This document shows, one piece after another, positions 49,400 to 57,908 of a stretch of 64,000 nucleotides of DNA. Position 1 is the first letter of the stretch; each line of letters starts with the position of its first letter. Below the pieces are notes generated by a model. It had not been told where the DNA came from, did no database searches, and worked only from the letters and a program-made list of their open reading frames with translations. A program made the translations under genes and the position numbers. Origin of the DNA: Candidatus Bathyarchaeota archaeon. Lineage in GTDB: Archaea > Thermoproteota > Bathyarchaeia > 40CM-2-53-6. The stretch spans positions 15,021 through 79,020 of the forward strand of contig VBBP01000055.1 of the NCBI GenBank assembly GCA_005884195.1, in the 5' to 3' direction.

Positions 49400-49693
49400 T
49401 TATGGTTTCTTGGTGCCCTCGATTCTTTCCTTGCCCACGACGAGGATGAAGATGAGTATTCCGAGGGCGAAGGATGTGAGGCTAATCGACATGGAGACTG
49501 TGATGTCGAGGTTGAGTCGGTGGAACAGCTCGTAGTTCAGATACGCCGGAAGGATCATGAGTGCGCCCGCGATTACGACGATTACGCCTCTTAGAATGTC
49601 GTGTATTTCCGTGCCCGCTATCGTTGTCTTTGTGCCCGTTGGTAACTCACCCGCTACTGATGTATTCCAGAAATGGCCCCGTATATAGATGAT
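49400..49693 (-). CDS. possible small 2-TM membrane protein with no canonical start (low confidence)
   Basis: Open frame directly after, and in frame with, the trmI TGA. Encodes two hydrophobic helices. The only ATG/GTG/TTG is deep inside the ORF; ATC ATC follow the stop. Confidence 0.3.
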   Translation of the reverse strand: MIYIRGHFWNTSVAGELPTGTKTTIAGTEIHDILRGVIVVIAGALMILPAYLNYELFHRLNLDITVSMSISLTSFALGILIFILVVGKERIEGTKKP

Positions 49694-50476
49694 TCACACG
49701 TCAGATGCTGGAAGAAGCTTCCGCGCGATCGTCACGTACGCAGTGTGTCCTATCATCCTAGTCTCCGGTCTAACCTTGCCAGCCTCTGTTTTGAACTCCC
49801 TAATGAGAAGTTCGACAGCCTCTAAGATCATGAATCCTCCTTCGCGGAGCGCTACTGCAAGCTTCTCCAGCTGGTTTATTGTCGGAGTAAACCCTGCCAG
49901 CAGTCCCCCTCCAAGCAGCGCTCTCCATGCAGCTCCAACCATCCTCCAAGGATCGCCAAGATCAACAACAACCGCGTCAACACTCGTCTCCTCAAATCCC
50001 TCTGTTGGGTCCTTGTTGTGAAAAGTCACCAGGGAGCCAAACCCTGCTTTCTCCACGTTCGCCTTCGCCGCTCGTAAGAACTCCTGCCTCATCTCATACG
50101 TGAACACTTGGCCGTCCGGAGCGATCCCCCTGGCTAGGGCGGAGGTTAGAGCTCCGCTTCCGGTTCCAACCTCTACCACTCTATCCCCGTTCCCGATTCC
50201 TAGCTGGAAGAGTGCGTATCCGATATCCTTCGGATAGAGAATCTGGGTGGGACGATCAAACGATTCGACAATGTCGAGCGCTCGTGGCTTGAACACTGCA
50301 AGGTTCTGGCCCATGCTCGTACGGATGGACCCGCCGTACTCCTTCCCTACCAATTCTGCGAGCTCGAAGTAGCCTCGGTGAGTGTGAAATCTTCCCGGCT
50401 CCACCTTTGCAATCCACTTGCGCCGGACGTCTTGGTACAACAAGACCCGGTCTCCCAGCTTAATCTCTCGGCTCAA
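49694..50476 (-). CDS. trmI: tRNA (adenine-N1)-methyltransferase TrmI
   Basis: VVEVGTGSGALT SAM motif and a Gcd14-like N-terminal domain. Confidence 0.8.
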   Translation of the reverse strand: MSREIKLGDRVLLYQDVRRKWIAKVEPGRFHTHRGYFELAELVGKEYGGSIRTSMGQNLAVFKPRALDIVESFDRPTQILYPKDIGYALFQLGIGNGDRVVEVGTGSGALTSALARGIAPDGQVFTYEMRQEFLRAAKANVEKAGFGSLVTFHNKDPTEGFEETSVDAVVVDLGDPWRMVGAAWRALLGGGLLAGFTPTINQLEKLAVALREGGFMILEAVELLIREFKTEAGKVRPETRMIGHTAYVTIARKLLPASDV

Positions 50477-50649
50477 GGCAACGGACGGTTCCGAAACCGA
50501 GAGCCATTAAGCATTCTATTTCAATCACGACCTGACACAGATAGAGTCTCTTCCACAAAGGGGCGGCTCCTTCTGTAACTTTCTCCTACCGTGATCTTCC
50601 TTTTCCCTAACTTTTCCAAGAACAAAACATTCCATCTTCCAACCTTTCT

Positions 50650-50752
50650 TTTCGTTGTAACTTTTCTTTTTTCGCGTAACTATTTTTTCTGCTAACTAAA
50701 ATGCGACCCCCGGATGGTCTTTTTCACGCGCCGCGCCCTTCGTGAAAATGGC
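50650..50752 (+). repeat. conserved intergenic element, copy B
   Basis: Paralogue of 20330..20432. Here it lies between the trmI start and the stop of the upstream minus-strand gene, so it is not upstream of any + strand gene. Confidence 0.45.
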
Positions 50753-50756
50753 CAAT

Positions 50757-51272
50757 CTAGCCTTTCAGAGCCTTGAACACGCTCTCAGCCTTCGAGGCAG
50801 GAACAAGCTTCACGGTGATAGGCTCCTTGGTCCCCGAGATTCCTATCCTCAGCACTGCTACCCTCCTCCTCCACCAAGTGGCAAGGACAGCAGCCAAGAA
50901 CACAGCGAACGTGCCGATTAGTAACAGGTCGAAGGGCGCTTGAGGCAGGCTAAGCTTCGCCTGGCCCGGAAACCACCATACAAGAAAGACGGCTATCGCG
51001 CCTAGGACAGCATAGGTCAAAGGCGGGATCAGGCTCTTGGTTATCAGCTCCAGCATACTTACCTCGGCATGTGGAACGTTCACGTATTTTTCCCCAATAG
51101 CAAACCTCTTCCCAACCAGCAATCTCGAGTCCGTCACGTAGACCGTATAGTTCACGCCTGCGCACTCAGCTAGAATATTCTCTGCCCCGACCAGGTTCCT
51201 GAGGTTGCTCAAATCCTGCTGTTGAGACACGAAAATCTCTCTTACCCGTATTGTAACCAGTCCCCGGGGCAA
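50757..51272 (-). CDS. hypothetical membrane protein
   Basis: Soluble N-terminal domain plus 2 TM helices. Confidence 0.45.
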   Translation of the reverse strand: MPRGLVTIRVREIFVSQQQDLSNLRNLVGAENILAECAGVNYTVYVTDSRLLVGKRFAIGEKYVNVPHAEVSMLELITKSLIPPLTYAVLGAIAVFLVWWFPGQAKLSLPQAPFDLLLIGTFAVFLAAVLATWWRRRVAVLRIGISGTKEPITVKLVPASKAESVFKALKG

Positions 51273-51289
51273 AAGGATTACGAACAGCC

Positions 51290-52477
51290 CTACTTGGCCG
51301 CTACCAGCTGGGAAACAGCCTCGACTACCGCTCGAATCCCATTCTCCGAACCCAGCGTTCCGCTGAGTCTTCGTGCATTCTCTCGCATATTCTCTAGAGA
51401 TGTCGAGATGGCTCCACCCAGCTCTTTCGAGTCCAGTCTAGATTGATCTAGAACGACAGCTACTCCTAGTTCCTCCGCCCGCTTCGCATTATTCGCCTGT
51501 TCCGTATGGTTCGGTGGGGGAATCAGCACAAGTGGCTTCCCTTCAGAGATCGCCTTCATAATCGTCTCATGTCCCGCCCTGGAGACAATTACGTCTGCGC
51601 GCTCGAAGGTCTTCCGATAGGACTGCTCGGTCATCCACTCGTGAACCATGAGATTCCCGATCCTCTTTTCACCAAACGATCCATTCGGATCGCCGCAACT
51701 GAGAATCAGTTCGTAGTCTCCGGGAAACTCCTTGAGGATATCGGTCAACTTGTTCACAAGATACCTCCGGTCTGTCGCAGGACCACTAACACACGCAAAG
51801 ACTAGAGGCCTAACAGTGCCAGCATGTTGGATACCGTTTGGAATATTGAGCCTTGACGGCGTTAATGGCCCCACTAGCCGGACCTTCCTCCTGATCCCAG
51901 GGGGAATCGCGAGATTGTATCTCGAAATCGTGTAAGGGGCCTTGAGGTCTGGAACAATGATAAGATCGCTTATGCCCCAAGCCAGCTCTAACATTGCGGA
52001 AATATATCTCCAGATGATCTTCGCGGCGAAAAGCATTGGCCTATCAGCCAACCTGTGTTTGGTGTCGTCCTTGGGCATCTGGACAGAATACTGGTTGAGG
52101 ATCAGGATCCTCGGTTTTCTCAGAATGAACGCGGCAACTAGAGTAGAGATTCTGGTGTCCGATATTACGACATCAGGTTCGAACGCGGAGATCTGCCGCA
52201 CCTCGCCGATCAGCTGGCGTATGAAACCCCACAATCCCACAGTCACACCGTTCTGGCTCATTGTCATCTTCGGGTCAATCGTCCCATCCTCCCTGGTTCG
52301 GAATGACAAGGGAATCGCGCTGAAGTAGGTGAAACCAGAACGCTTCAAATAATCCAAAGCGTCAAGATAGGACGAGAACAAAACATCCACGCCCTCGCTC
52401 GAGAACTCTCGGGCGATCGCATCGCACCGGCTAATGTGCCCAAGGCCTAGCCCGCAAGGCGCAATATACAGTCTCAA
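51290..52477 (-). CDS. glycosyltransferase, GT1/GT28 (MGT/UDP-glycosyltransferase-like)
   Basis: GLGHISRC N-terminus and a C-terminal nucleotide-sugar-binding region (SRAGHETIMKAI ... GKPLVLIP). Confidence 0.7.
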   Translation of the reverse strand: MRLYIAPCGLGLGHISRCDAIAREFSSEGVDVLFSSYLDALDYLKRSGFTYFSAIPLSFRTREDGTIDPKMTMSQNGVTVGLWGFIRQLIGEVRQISAFEPDVVISDTRISTLVAAFILRKPRILILNQYSVQMPKDDTKHRLADRPMLFAAKIIWRYISAMLELAWGISDLIIVPDLKAPYTISRYNLAIPPGIRRKVRLVGPLTPSRLNIPNGIQHAGTVRPLVFACVSGPATDRRYLVNKLTDILKEFPGDYELILSCGDPNGSFGEKRIGNLMVHEWMTEQSYRKTFERADVIVSRAGHETIMKAISEGKPLVLIPPPNHTEQANNAKRAEELGVAVVLDQSRLDSKELGGAISTSLENMRENARRLSGTLGSENGIRAVVEAVSQLVAAK

Positions 52478-52487
52478 CCCTTAGGTC

Positions 52488-53108
52488 CTAGCCCCTCAAC
52501 TTCCTCTCGAACACTCTTCCTCCTGGAGCTTCCTCTGAAAAGATCTGCCCTTGGAATCGAGCAACCTTCACACTACCAGTCACCCAGGCATCGGGCATCA
52601 ACCCAGCCTTCAAACAACACTCGTTGAGAAACTCCTCCTCATCAAAGCCCTCGTCTACTGCAACCTGTGGCAGCAGAAGCCCTTGGGTTCCAAACCCGTC
52701 TACAAATAACCCGTCCCGCCCAACTTTAATGTTCAAGGGCAGATCCAGCGGGCTCTTGAGCAAGATATGCTCGAGCGGGGAGAGCACCGTCACCTCCACG
52801 ATAATGCTCCCTAGGAACTCATCCTTTCGCACCGGTGCAAATCTCGGATCCACTGCAGCGGCGTCAACCGCACAACGCACCGTCTCGTTGAGCAGCGACA
52901 TCCTAGGGAACGGGTTGCCAATACAACCTCGCAGCCTTCGACTCCTTGCTATGTCAAATAGTGTGACGAACACTCCCAGCGTAGCGCGTAATTCCGAACC
53001 TACGTTTGCCACTGGGTCGAGGTTTTCTCCATCCAAATGGTGGACTATTGCTTGCCGTGCGGTACCGACGAGTTTTGTCCCGTTTTCCGTTGATACCAAG
53101 CTAGTCAC
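52488..53108 (-). CDS. AMMECR1-domain protein (AmmeMemoRadiSam system protein A family)
   Basis: LRGCIG motif. GTG start overlapping the upstream TGA (GTGA); the longer track ORF overlaps the Mut7-C gene. Confidence 0.72.
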   Translation of the reverse strand: MTSLVSTENGTKLVGTARQAIVHHLDGENLDPVANVGSELRATLGVFVTLFDIARSRRLRGCIGNPFPRMSLLNETVRCAVDAAAVDPRFAPVRKDEFLGSIIVEVTVLSPLEHILLKSPLDLPLNIKVGRDGLFVDGFGTQGLLLPQVAVDEGFDEEEFLNECCLKAGLMPDAWVTGSVKVARFQGQIFSEEAPGGRVFERKLRG

Positions 53109-53590
53109 TCTTCCAAGCTCGCGCGCTTCTTTGCCTCTTCTAGAGTCTGACGAATGCGGTTCCAGTGGCTTCCGAGCCAATACATTTTTCCGCAATTCTG
53201 ATTGGTGCATTTCCAGAATTGGTCGTACAGTTTTAGGCTTGCTTTGGGGACCTCATGTGCAACTTCACTCTTTGGCGTTTCCTGTAGGCCGGACCCACAT
53301 TCTGGACACTTTGTCTCGGCCATGTTGACGTTCAAGGATACGCCGAACGTGGTAGCAAGCTGAGCTAATCTCTCCTCCTCGGTTTCGCCGAGCACGAGAG
53401 CAGACAGTATCTTCCTAGCTATCGCTCTTTGGTATAATTCTTCATCTCTTGTTAGTAAGACCATATTATCTTCGTGGGCGATTCTTAGGAGCTCGTTGTC
53501 CCTCGTACTTGCGTCATATCTTACATCTTGGCCTAGAATCCGTAACCACCTTGCCAGTCTGCCCAGCATTCCGTCGACGAGAAACCTCAT
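53105..53590 (-). CDS. Mut7-C RNase-domain (PIN-like) protein with a C-terminal zinc ribbon
   Basis: MRFLVDGMLGRLARWLRILG N-terminus and CPECG ... CTNQNCG. Confidence 0.75.
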   Translation of the reverse strand: MRFLVDGMLGRLARWLRILGQDVRYDASTRDNELLRIAHEDNMVLLTRDEELYQRAIARKILSALVLGETEEERLAQLATTFGVSLNVNMAETKCPECGSGLQETPKSEVAHEVPKASLKLYDQFWKCTNQNCGKMYWLGSHWNRIRQTLEEAKKRASLEE

Positions 53591-54891
53591 CCGCGGCTTC
53601 CATTTCTCAGCACCTTGCCGCCGCCTGGTTTTCCAGTGATCTCACCGTTGCTGTAGACAACTGACCCGTTTACGATTGTGGTATGGACGGCACCTTGTGT
53701 CTTCCATCCCTCGAACGGAGAGTAATGCGCTTTGGAGAAGAACTTGTCAGGGTCAATCTTTCCTTTCTCTTTCAGATCCACTAGAATCATATCGCCATTG
53801 GCTCCTTCCCGTAGTTTTCCCTTCGAGCTGAGACCGAAGATCTTCGCGGGGTTGGTTGAGAGGAGAGCGACTAGTCGGCCGAGCGATAATTTTCTCTTGT
53901 TGACCATGGTCAGCATCAATGGCGTAGCCGTTTCTAGGCCAGGTATTCCAGGTGGGCTCTTTTGAGGTGGTCGCCGCTTCTCTTTGATAGTGTGCGGTGC
54001 GTGATCCGTGGCAATGATCGTTGCTTTGCCAGTTGACATTTCCCGAAACAAGCGGTTCCTTACTTGCCGAGGTCTGAGCGGAGGCACCATCCAAGCCTTC
54101 CAACCGAGCTTTTCAACGGAATCGTCGGAGAGTAGGATGTGATGTGGGGTCACTTCCGAAGATAATTCGCTCGAATGCCAATTCCCAATTGAAGAGATGC
54201 TAGATGGGAGGGTAACATGGCAGAAGTGAACGCGACAACCAATCTGCTTCTGAAGTCTAAGGATCCTGCTGACGGCGCTTGTCTCGGCCTTTCCGAGTCG
54301 TGATCCGACAAGTTCATTGAAGGTCCGAATCTCTCTGGTGGGTTCAATCTGGGCTGCGTCTTCTGCATGAACTGTGACTGGAAGCGAGGCTTCCTTCGCG
54401 GCCTTCAAGACTTCGACAATTGTGAGGTCATCGCCTAAGTCTAAGGGGGCGATAGGCTTAGGGAGGTAGAGTTTTATCGAGAAAGCTCCGGCCATTTTCA
54501 TCGTTTCCACCGCGGCTCGATTTGCAACTGCGGCCGCGTGAAAGCCTGTGTTCACGAGGATATTTCCGGAGGCTCTCCTGGCCTTCTCCCGAAGACGCTG
54601 AGCTGAGTCAGTAGGTGGCAGGGTATTCGGCATGTCTAAAACAGTGGTAAACCCTCCGGCTGCTGCGGCAGAGGTTCCACTTGTGAAATCCTCTTTGTAC
54701 GCTAGCCTCAGGTCGCGTAAGTGGACATGCGCATCAACTAGCCCAGGTAATGCCACTAATCGTTCGGCTAGAATCTCCTCGTCGGCTTGTGCGGCTATCC
54801 TTCGAGCTATTCTCTGAATCCTTCCATCCTCGATGAGGATTGAACCTCTGATGGCACGATTCTCAGTCCAGATATGAGCGTCTCGAATCAG
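53587..54891 (-). CDS. pyrC: dihydroorotase (cyclic amidohydrolase), likely CTG start
   Basis: DAHVHLRD metal-binding motif. The track ORF runs to 55020 and would overlap the CBS gene by about 100 nt. There is no ATG/GTG/TTG near the expected N-terminus; CTG at 54891 gives MIRDAHIWTENRAIRGSILIEDGRI. Confidence 0.7.
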   Translation of the reverse strand: MIRDAHIWTENRAIRGSILIEDGRIQRIARRIAAQADEEILAERLVALPGLVDAHVHLRDLRLAYKEDFTSGTSAAAAGGFTTVLDMPNTLPPTDSAQRLREKARRASGNILVNTGFHAAAVANRAAVETMKMAGAFSIKLYLPKPIAPLDLGDDLTIVEVLKAAKEASLPVTVHAEDAAQIEPTREIRTFNELVGSRLGKAETSAVSRILRLQKQIGCRVHFCHVTLPSSISSIGNWHSSELSSEVTPHHILLSDDSVEKLGWKAWMVPPLRPRQVRNRLFREMSTGKATIIATDHAPHTIKEKRRPPQKSPPGIPGLETATPLMLTMVNKRKLSLGRLVALLSTNPAKIFGLSSKGKLREGANGDMILVDLKEKGKIDPDKFFSKAHYSPFEGWKTQGAVHTTIVNGSVVYSNGEITGKPGGGKVLRNGSRG

Positions 54892-54919
54892 TAGGCTGGG
54901 GAGATCTGATATCTCGTTC

Positions 54920-55495
54920 TCAGGACTCTTCAGGTTGTCCAAGGTCCCTTGAGCAATCTGGACATAGGAAGGTGCCGTCCTTCTGGACGAGGTTGTCCGA
55001 CCATGCTTCGCATTCATCACAGTATCCTCCTAGGGTGGGTTTGGTCCTCGGGCTTTCCAGTCCAGCACGGCTTTTTTCGGAGGCTAGGTCGATTATGGCC
55101 GGCGTCACTTGTAGAATATCTTTCATTGTTACTATTCCTACGAGCTTTCCGTCATCAATTACGGCAAGTCGCCGAATCTTGCGATGGTTCATGAATTTGG
55201 CAGCGTCGTTGACGGTAGCACCTGGGCTGATACTCGCCACTGGTTTCGACATTGTCTGCACTACGTTCAGTTCAGACGGGAGAACGTTTCTTGCGGCCAC
55301 TCTTTGCACAATATCTCTTTCGGTGATTATTCCCGCTGGGTTTCCTGCCTTGTCTACGATAATCACACAGCCTATATCGTGTTTGCCCATGAGCTTCGAC
55401 ACTCCAGCGACCGTCTCGTTCTCTTTGGCCGTAATCGGTGGCCGTGACATTATGTCCCGCACGAGAATGTCTGGCTCTGCCTCATGCACCGACAA
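54920..55495 (-). CDS. CBS-domain pair protein with a C-terminal zinc ribbon
   Basis: Two CBS motifs, then CDECEAW ... CPDC. Confidence 0.7.
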   Translation of the reverse strand: MSVHEAEPDILVRDIMSRPPITAKENETVAGVSKLMGKHDIGCVIIVDKAGNPAGIITERDIVQRVAARNVLPSELNVVQTMSKPVASISPGATVNDAAKFMNHRKIRRLAVIDDGKLVGIVTMKDILQVTPAIIDLASEKSRAGLESPRTKPTLGGYCDECEAWSDNLVQKDGTFLCPDCSRDLGQPEES

Positions 55496-55571
55496 TGCAA
55501 GATGGTCATCCTTTGCCTTCTATAAAATCTTCATGCAGTGATGAGCCTAGCAAACGTTATCTGCGGCGCGC

Positions 55572-55955
55572 TTGTCTTGTCATCGATCGTTATTGGTTGC
55601 GGGTTCGGGATCAAACCTGAGTCTTGAGCCGTCTGAGCCTCCGAGAATTCGCTCTATCTCTCCACCAACGCTGGTGTACTGGACCCGTCTCGGGTTTGCC
55701 GTTTTGGCAGGAGTGTTGTATAACGCGTTGGGTCTTGGTGGACAGGGCGTTCTTTTCGGAACCTCCTGGGCTATCAGTATGGGAATCGGAATCTATGCGA
55801 TCTCTGTCTTCCTTGTCAAGTACGTCTTGCGTTATGGCCCAACAGAGTTGAAGGGTCCAAACAAGCACATAACATTGGGAGTCGGTAGCTACATCATCTG
55901 GTTCCTGTTCACGACAATCCTGCTTAACACAATCATTTACCCTGGTCCGTACTAG
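55572..55955 (+). CDS. small membrane protein (3 TM)
   Basis: Hydrophobic helices. N-terminus uncertain. Confidence 0.4.
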   Translation: MSCHRSLLVAGSGSNLSLEPSEPPRIRSISPPTLVYWTRLGFAVLAGVLYNALGLGGQGVLFGTSWAISMGIGIYAISVFLVKYVLRYGPTELKGPNKHITLGVGSYIIWFLFTTILLNTIIYPGPY

Positions 55956-56355
55956 TCGTCGGTTTGTCAAGAGTCGCCTGCTGAGGTGGACGCGTTTCTG
56001 CTGGGGTTTGCTGGTTCTTAACGCTACCCAACAAGGTGAAGTAGTCGTCTAGAGCTTTGAAATATCCTCGATCGTACTCGCCATGCAATTCGTTTAAGGC
56101 GAATTCAGAGAATTCTTTCTTGAGATTGCTAATCGTGTCTTCTGTCCTGGTGGCTAGGACTCTTGGTAGGAAAATGTACTTGTCATCGTTGGTCCGGTAA
56201 GTCAACATCAATCCCTCAAGCGCTTTGACGTATCCTCTGGACCACTGAGAGTTATCGGACTTTTGTCGGATGATATCGAGTTCTTTCTCTGCATCAGTCC
56301 ATGCTCTTGCTTCTACATGCTCGAGGAACTTGTTCACTGGGATTTGGGGGATCAT
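55933..56355 (-). CDS. hypothetical protein
   Basis: ORF only, helical. Confidence 0.4.
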   Translation of the reverse strand: MIPQIPVNKFLEHVEARAWTDAEKELDIIRQKSDNSQWSRGYVKALEGLMLTYRTNDDKYIFLPRVLATRTEDTISNLKKEFSEFALNELHGEYDRGYFKALDDYFTLLGSVKNQQTPAETRPPQQATLDKPTTSTDQGK

Positions 56356-56369
56356 TTTTCAGCCCTCCG

Positions 56370-57359
56370 CTAGCGACGCCGCTTGACCTCGTCTTCTTCC
56401 GAGACATCAACTATTCCTCCCTCGGTAACCTTGAAGATTCTCTCGCCCTCAGGCAAGTATGGGCTTGAGACAAGTCGGGCTATCCGTATGGGGCCGTTGG
56501 CAGCTCGGCGGAGGAACACTCTTGTGTGGCTTGTATGAGCTACTATGTGCCCGCCCACCGCGTCGACGGAGTTGGCGAAGAACTGGTCGGGTTTCGCCAT
56601 GACTTGGTTGGTGACTATGGCGACAGCGTTGAACCCTCGTGCGAGGCGGATTAGACGGTGCATGTGGTTGTTGAGACGTTGTTGTCTCTCTGCGAGCATC
56701 TCTCTGCCGATGTACTCGCTTCTGAAGTGGGATGTCAGCGAGTCGATGATGATCAGGCGGATATTGTTGTCTTTGATGATCTGGTCCGCCTTCTCCAAGA
56801 GAAGTACCTGGTGGTCGGAATTGTAGGCTTCCGAATAGATGATCCTTTGCGCTACATCAGTAGGCTCAAGCCCTGCTGTTTTGGCCATTCGCACGATCCA
56901 CTCTGGACGGAAGGTTTGTTCGGTGTCAAGATACAAAGCGCCTCCATCCAAGCCACCTTTATCGACCGGCAGTTGGACGTTGATCGCTAGCTGGTGGCAG
57001 AGGATTGACTTGCCCACGCCATATTCTCCATAGAACTCTGTGATGGTCTGTGTCTCGAGACCGCCTCCGATCAATCCGTCGAAAGCCTTGCTTCCAGTTG
57101 TAAGGCGGCGTACGTTCGCCTTCATCTTCATGAGCTCGTCTGCTCTTATGAAGGAAAGCGAAATGCTGTCCCTGGCTTCCGCGATGATTTTTGCGGCTTG
57201 CTTCTCTCCTATTCCAGCAGGAACAAGTTCCCTCACAGTGGCCGTCGCGAGACTCTCGACGGTGTGAAAACCAAGTTCCTTCAGCTTCTCAGATGTCGAA
57301 GGTCCAACGCCTGGTAGGTCTTCTACAACCTCATACTTCCGGACGGCTTCCTGAGTCAC
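56370..57359 (-). CDS. radA: DNA repair and recombination protein RadA
   Basis: HhH N-terminal domain (LPGVGPSTSEKL) and a RecA core with Walker A GEYGVGKS. Confidence 0.92.
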   Translation of the reverse strand: MTQEAVRKYEVVEDLPGVGPSTSEKLKELGFHTVESLATATVRELVPAGIGEKQAAKIIAEARDSISLSFIRADELMKMKANVRRLTTGSKAFDGLIGGGLETQTITEFYGEYGVGKSILCHQLAINVQLPVDKGGLDGGALYLDTEQTFRPEWIVRMAKTAGLEPTDVAQRIIYSEAYNSDHQVLLLEKADQIIKDNNIRLIIIDSLTSHFRSEYIGREMLAERQQRLNNHMHRLIRLARGFNAVAIVTNQVMAKPDQFFANSVDAVGGHIVAHTSHTRVFLRRAANGPIRIARLVSSPYLPEGERIFKVTEGGIVDVSEEDEVKRRR

Positions 57360-57405
57360 TGTCCTCTCACCTAACTAGTACGATCTTGAAATCTGTTTCG
57401 AGCTT

Positions 57406-57413
57406 ATTTAAAC
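57406..57413 (-). promoter_or_regulatory. candidate archaeal TATA box (TTTAAATA) upstream of radA
   Basis: AT-rich octamer about 50 nt upstream of the radA start codon. Confidence 0.35.
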
Positions 57414-57560
57414 TGCAAATGGAACGGCTCTGATTTAGAGCTGAGACGGTCCCGAAGCTAATCAGAAACAAGCGTGTTCAATGTACTAGGTTTCTGGTTT
57501 CGCAGGTTACAACACCCTTAATGTGAGTCCTGTTCGACTGTGCTGATGCGTTGAGGATTA

Positions 57561-57908
57561 TTGGGGGTTGAGGGAGAGGAGGCCCAACCCAGGAAGAGCA
57601 ATAGCAGGAGGTACATAGAAAATTTGTTGGGCTGGCCTAGTGAAGAGTCTACAGGGATCGGGGTTTACCGGACCACTCTCTTCACCTCTCTATTCGAGTA
57701 CTTCATCGTGCTCTTCTTCGGCACATGGTTAATCGTGGAGTATTTCTACAATGTCTATGAGCAGCAGTACTTTGGATCGTTCAATCCAGTCTTCCTGGTC
57801 GCTGTGTTGATGGCGGCTTCAGGCTACGGCTTCATGAGAATAGTTTCCACCGTCAGGACGGGCCTGCGGCCAACAAGGATGATAAAAAAGAACGAGGATG
57901 ATTATTGA
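57561..57908 (+). CDS. small membrane protein (2 TM)
   Basis: Hydrophobic helices. Its stop overlaps the next gene's start (ATGA). Confidence 0.45.
   Translation: MGVEGEEAQPRKSNSRRYIENLLGWPSEESTGIGVYRTTLFTSLFEYFIVLFFGTWLIVEYFYNVYEQQYFGSFNPVFLVAVLMAASGYGFMRIVSTVRTGLRPTRMIKKNEDDY

Noticed and set aside
52488-53210. AmmeMemoRadiSam three-gene system
   Set aside because: Only the AMMECR1 component is present. No Memo-like or radical-SAM gene is in the window.
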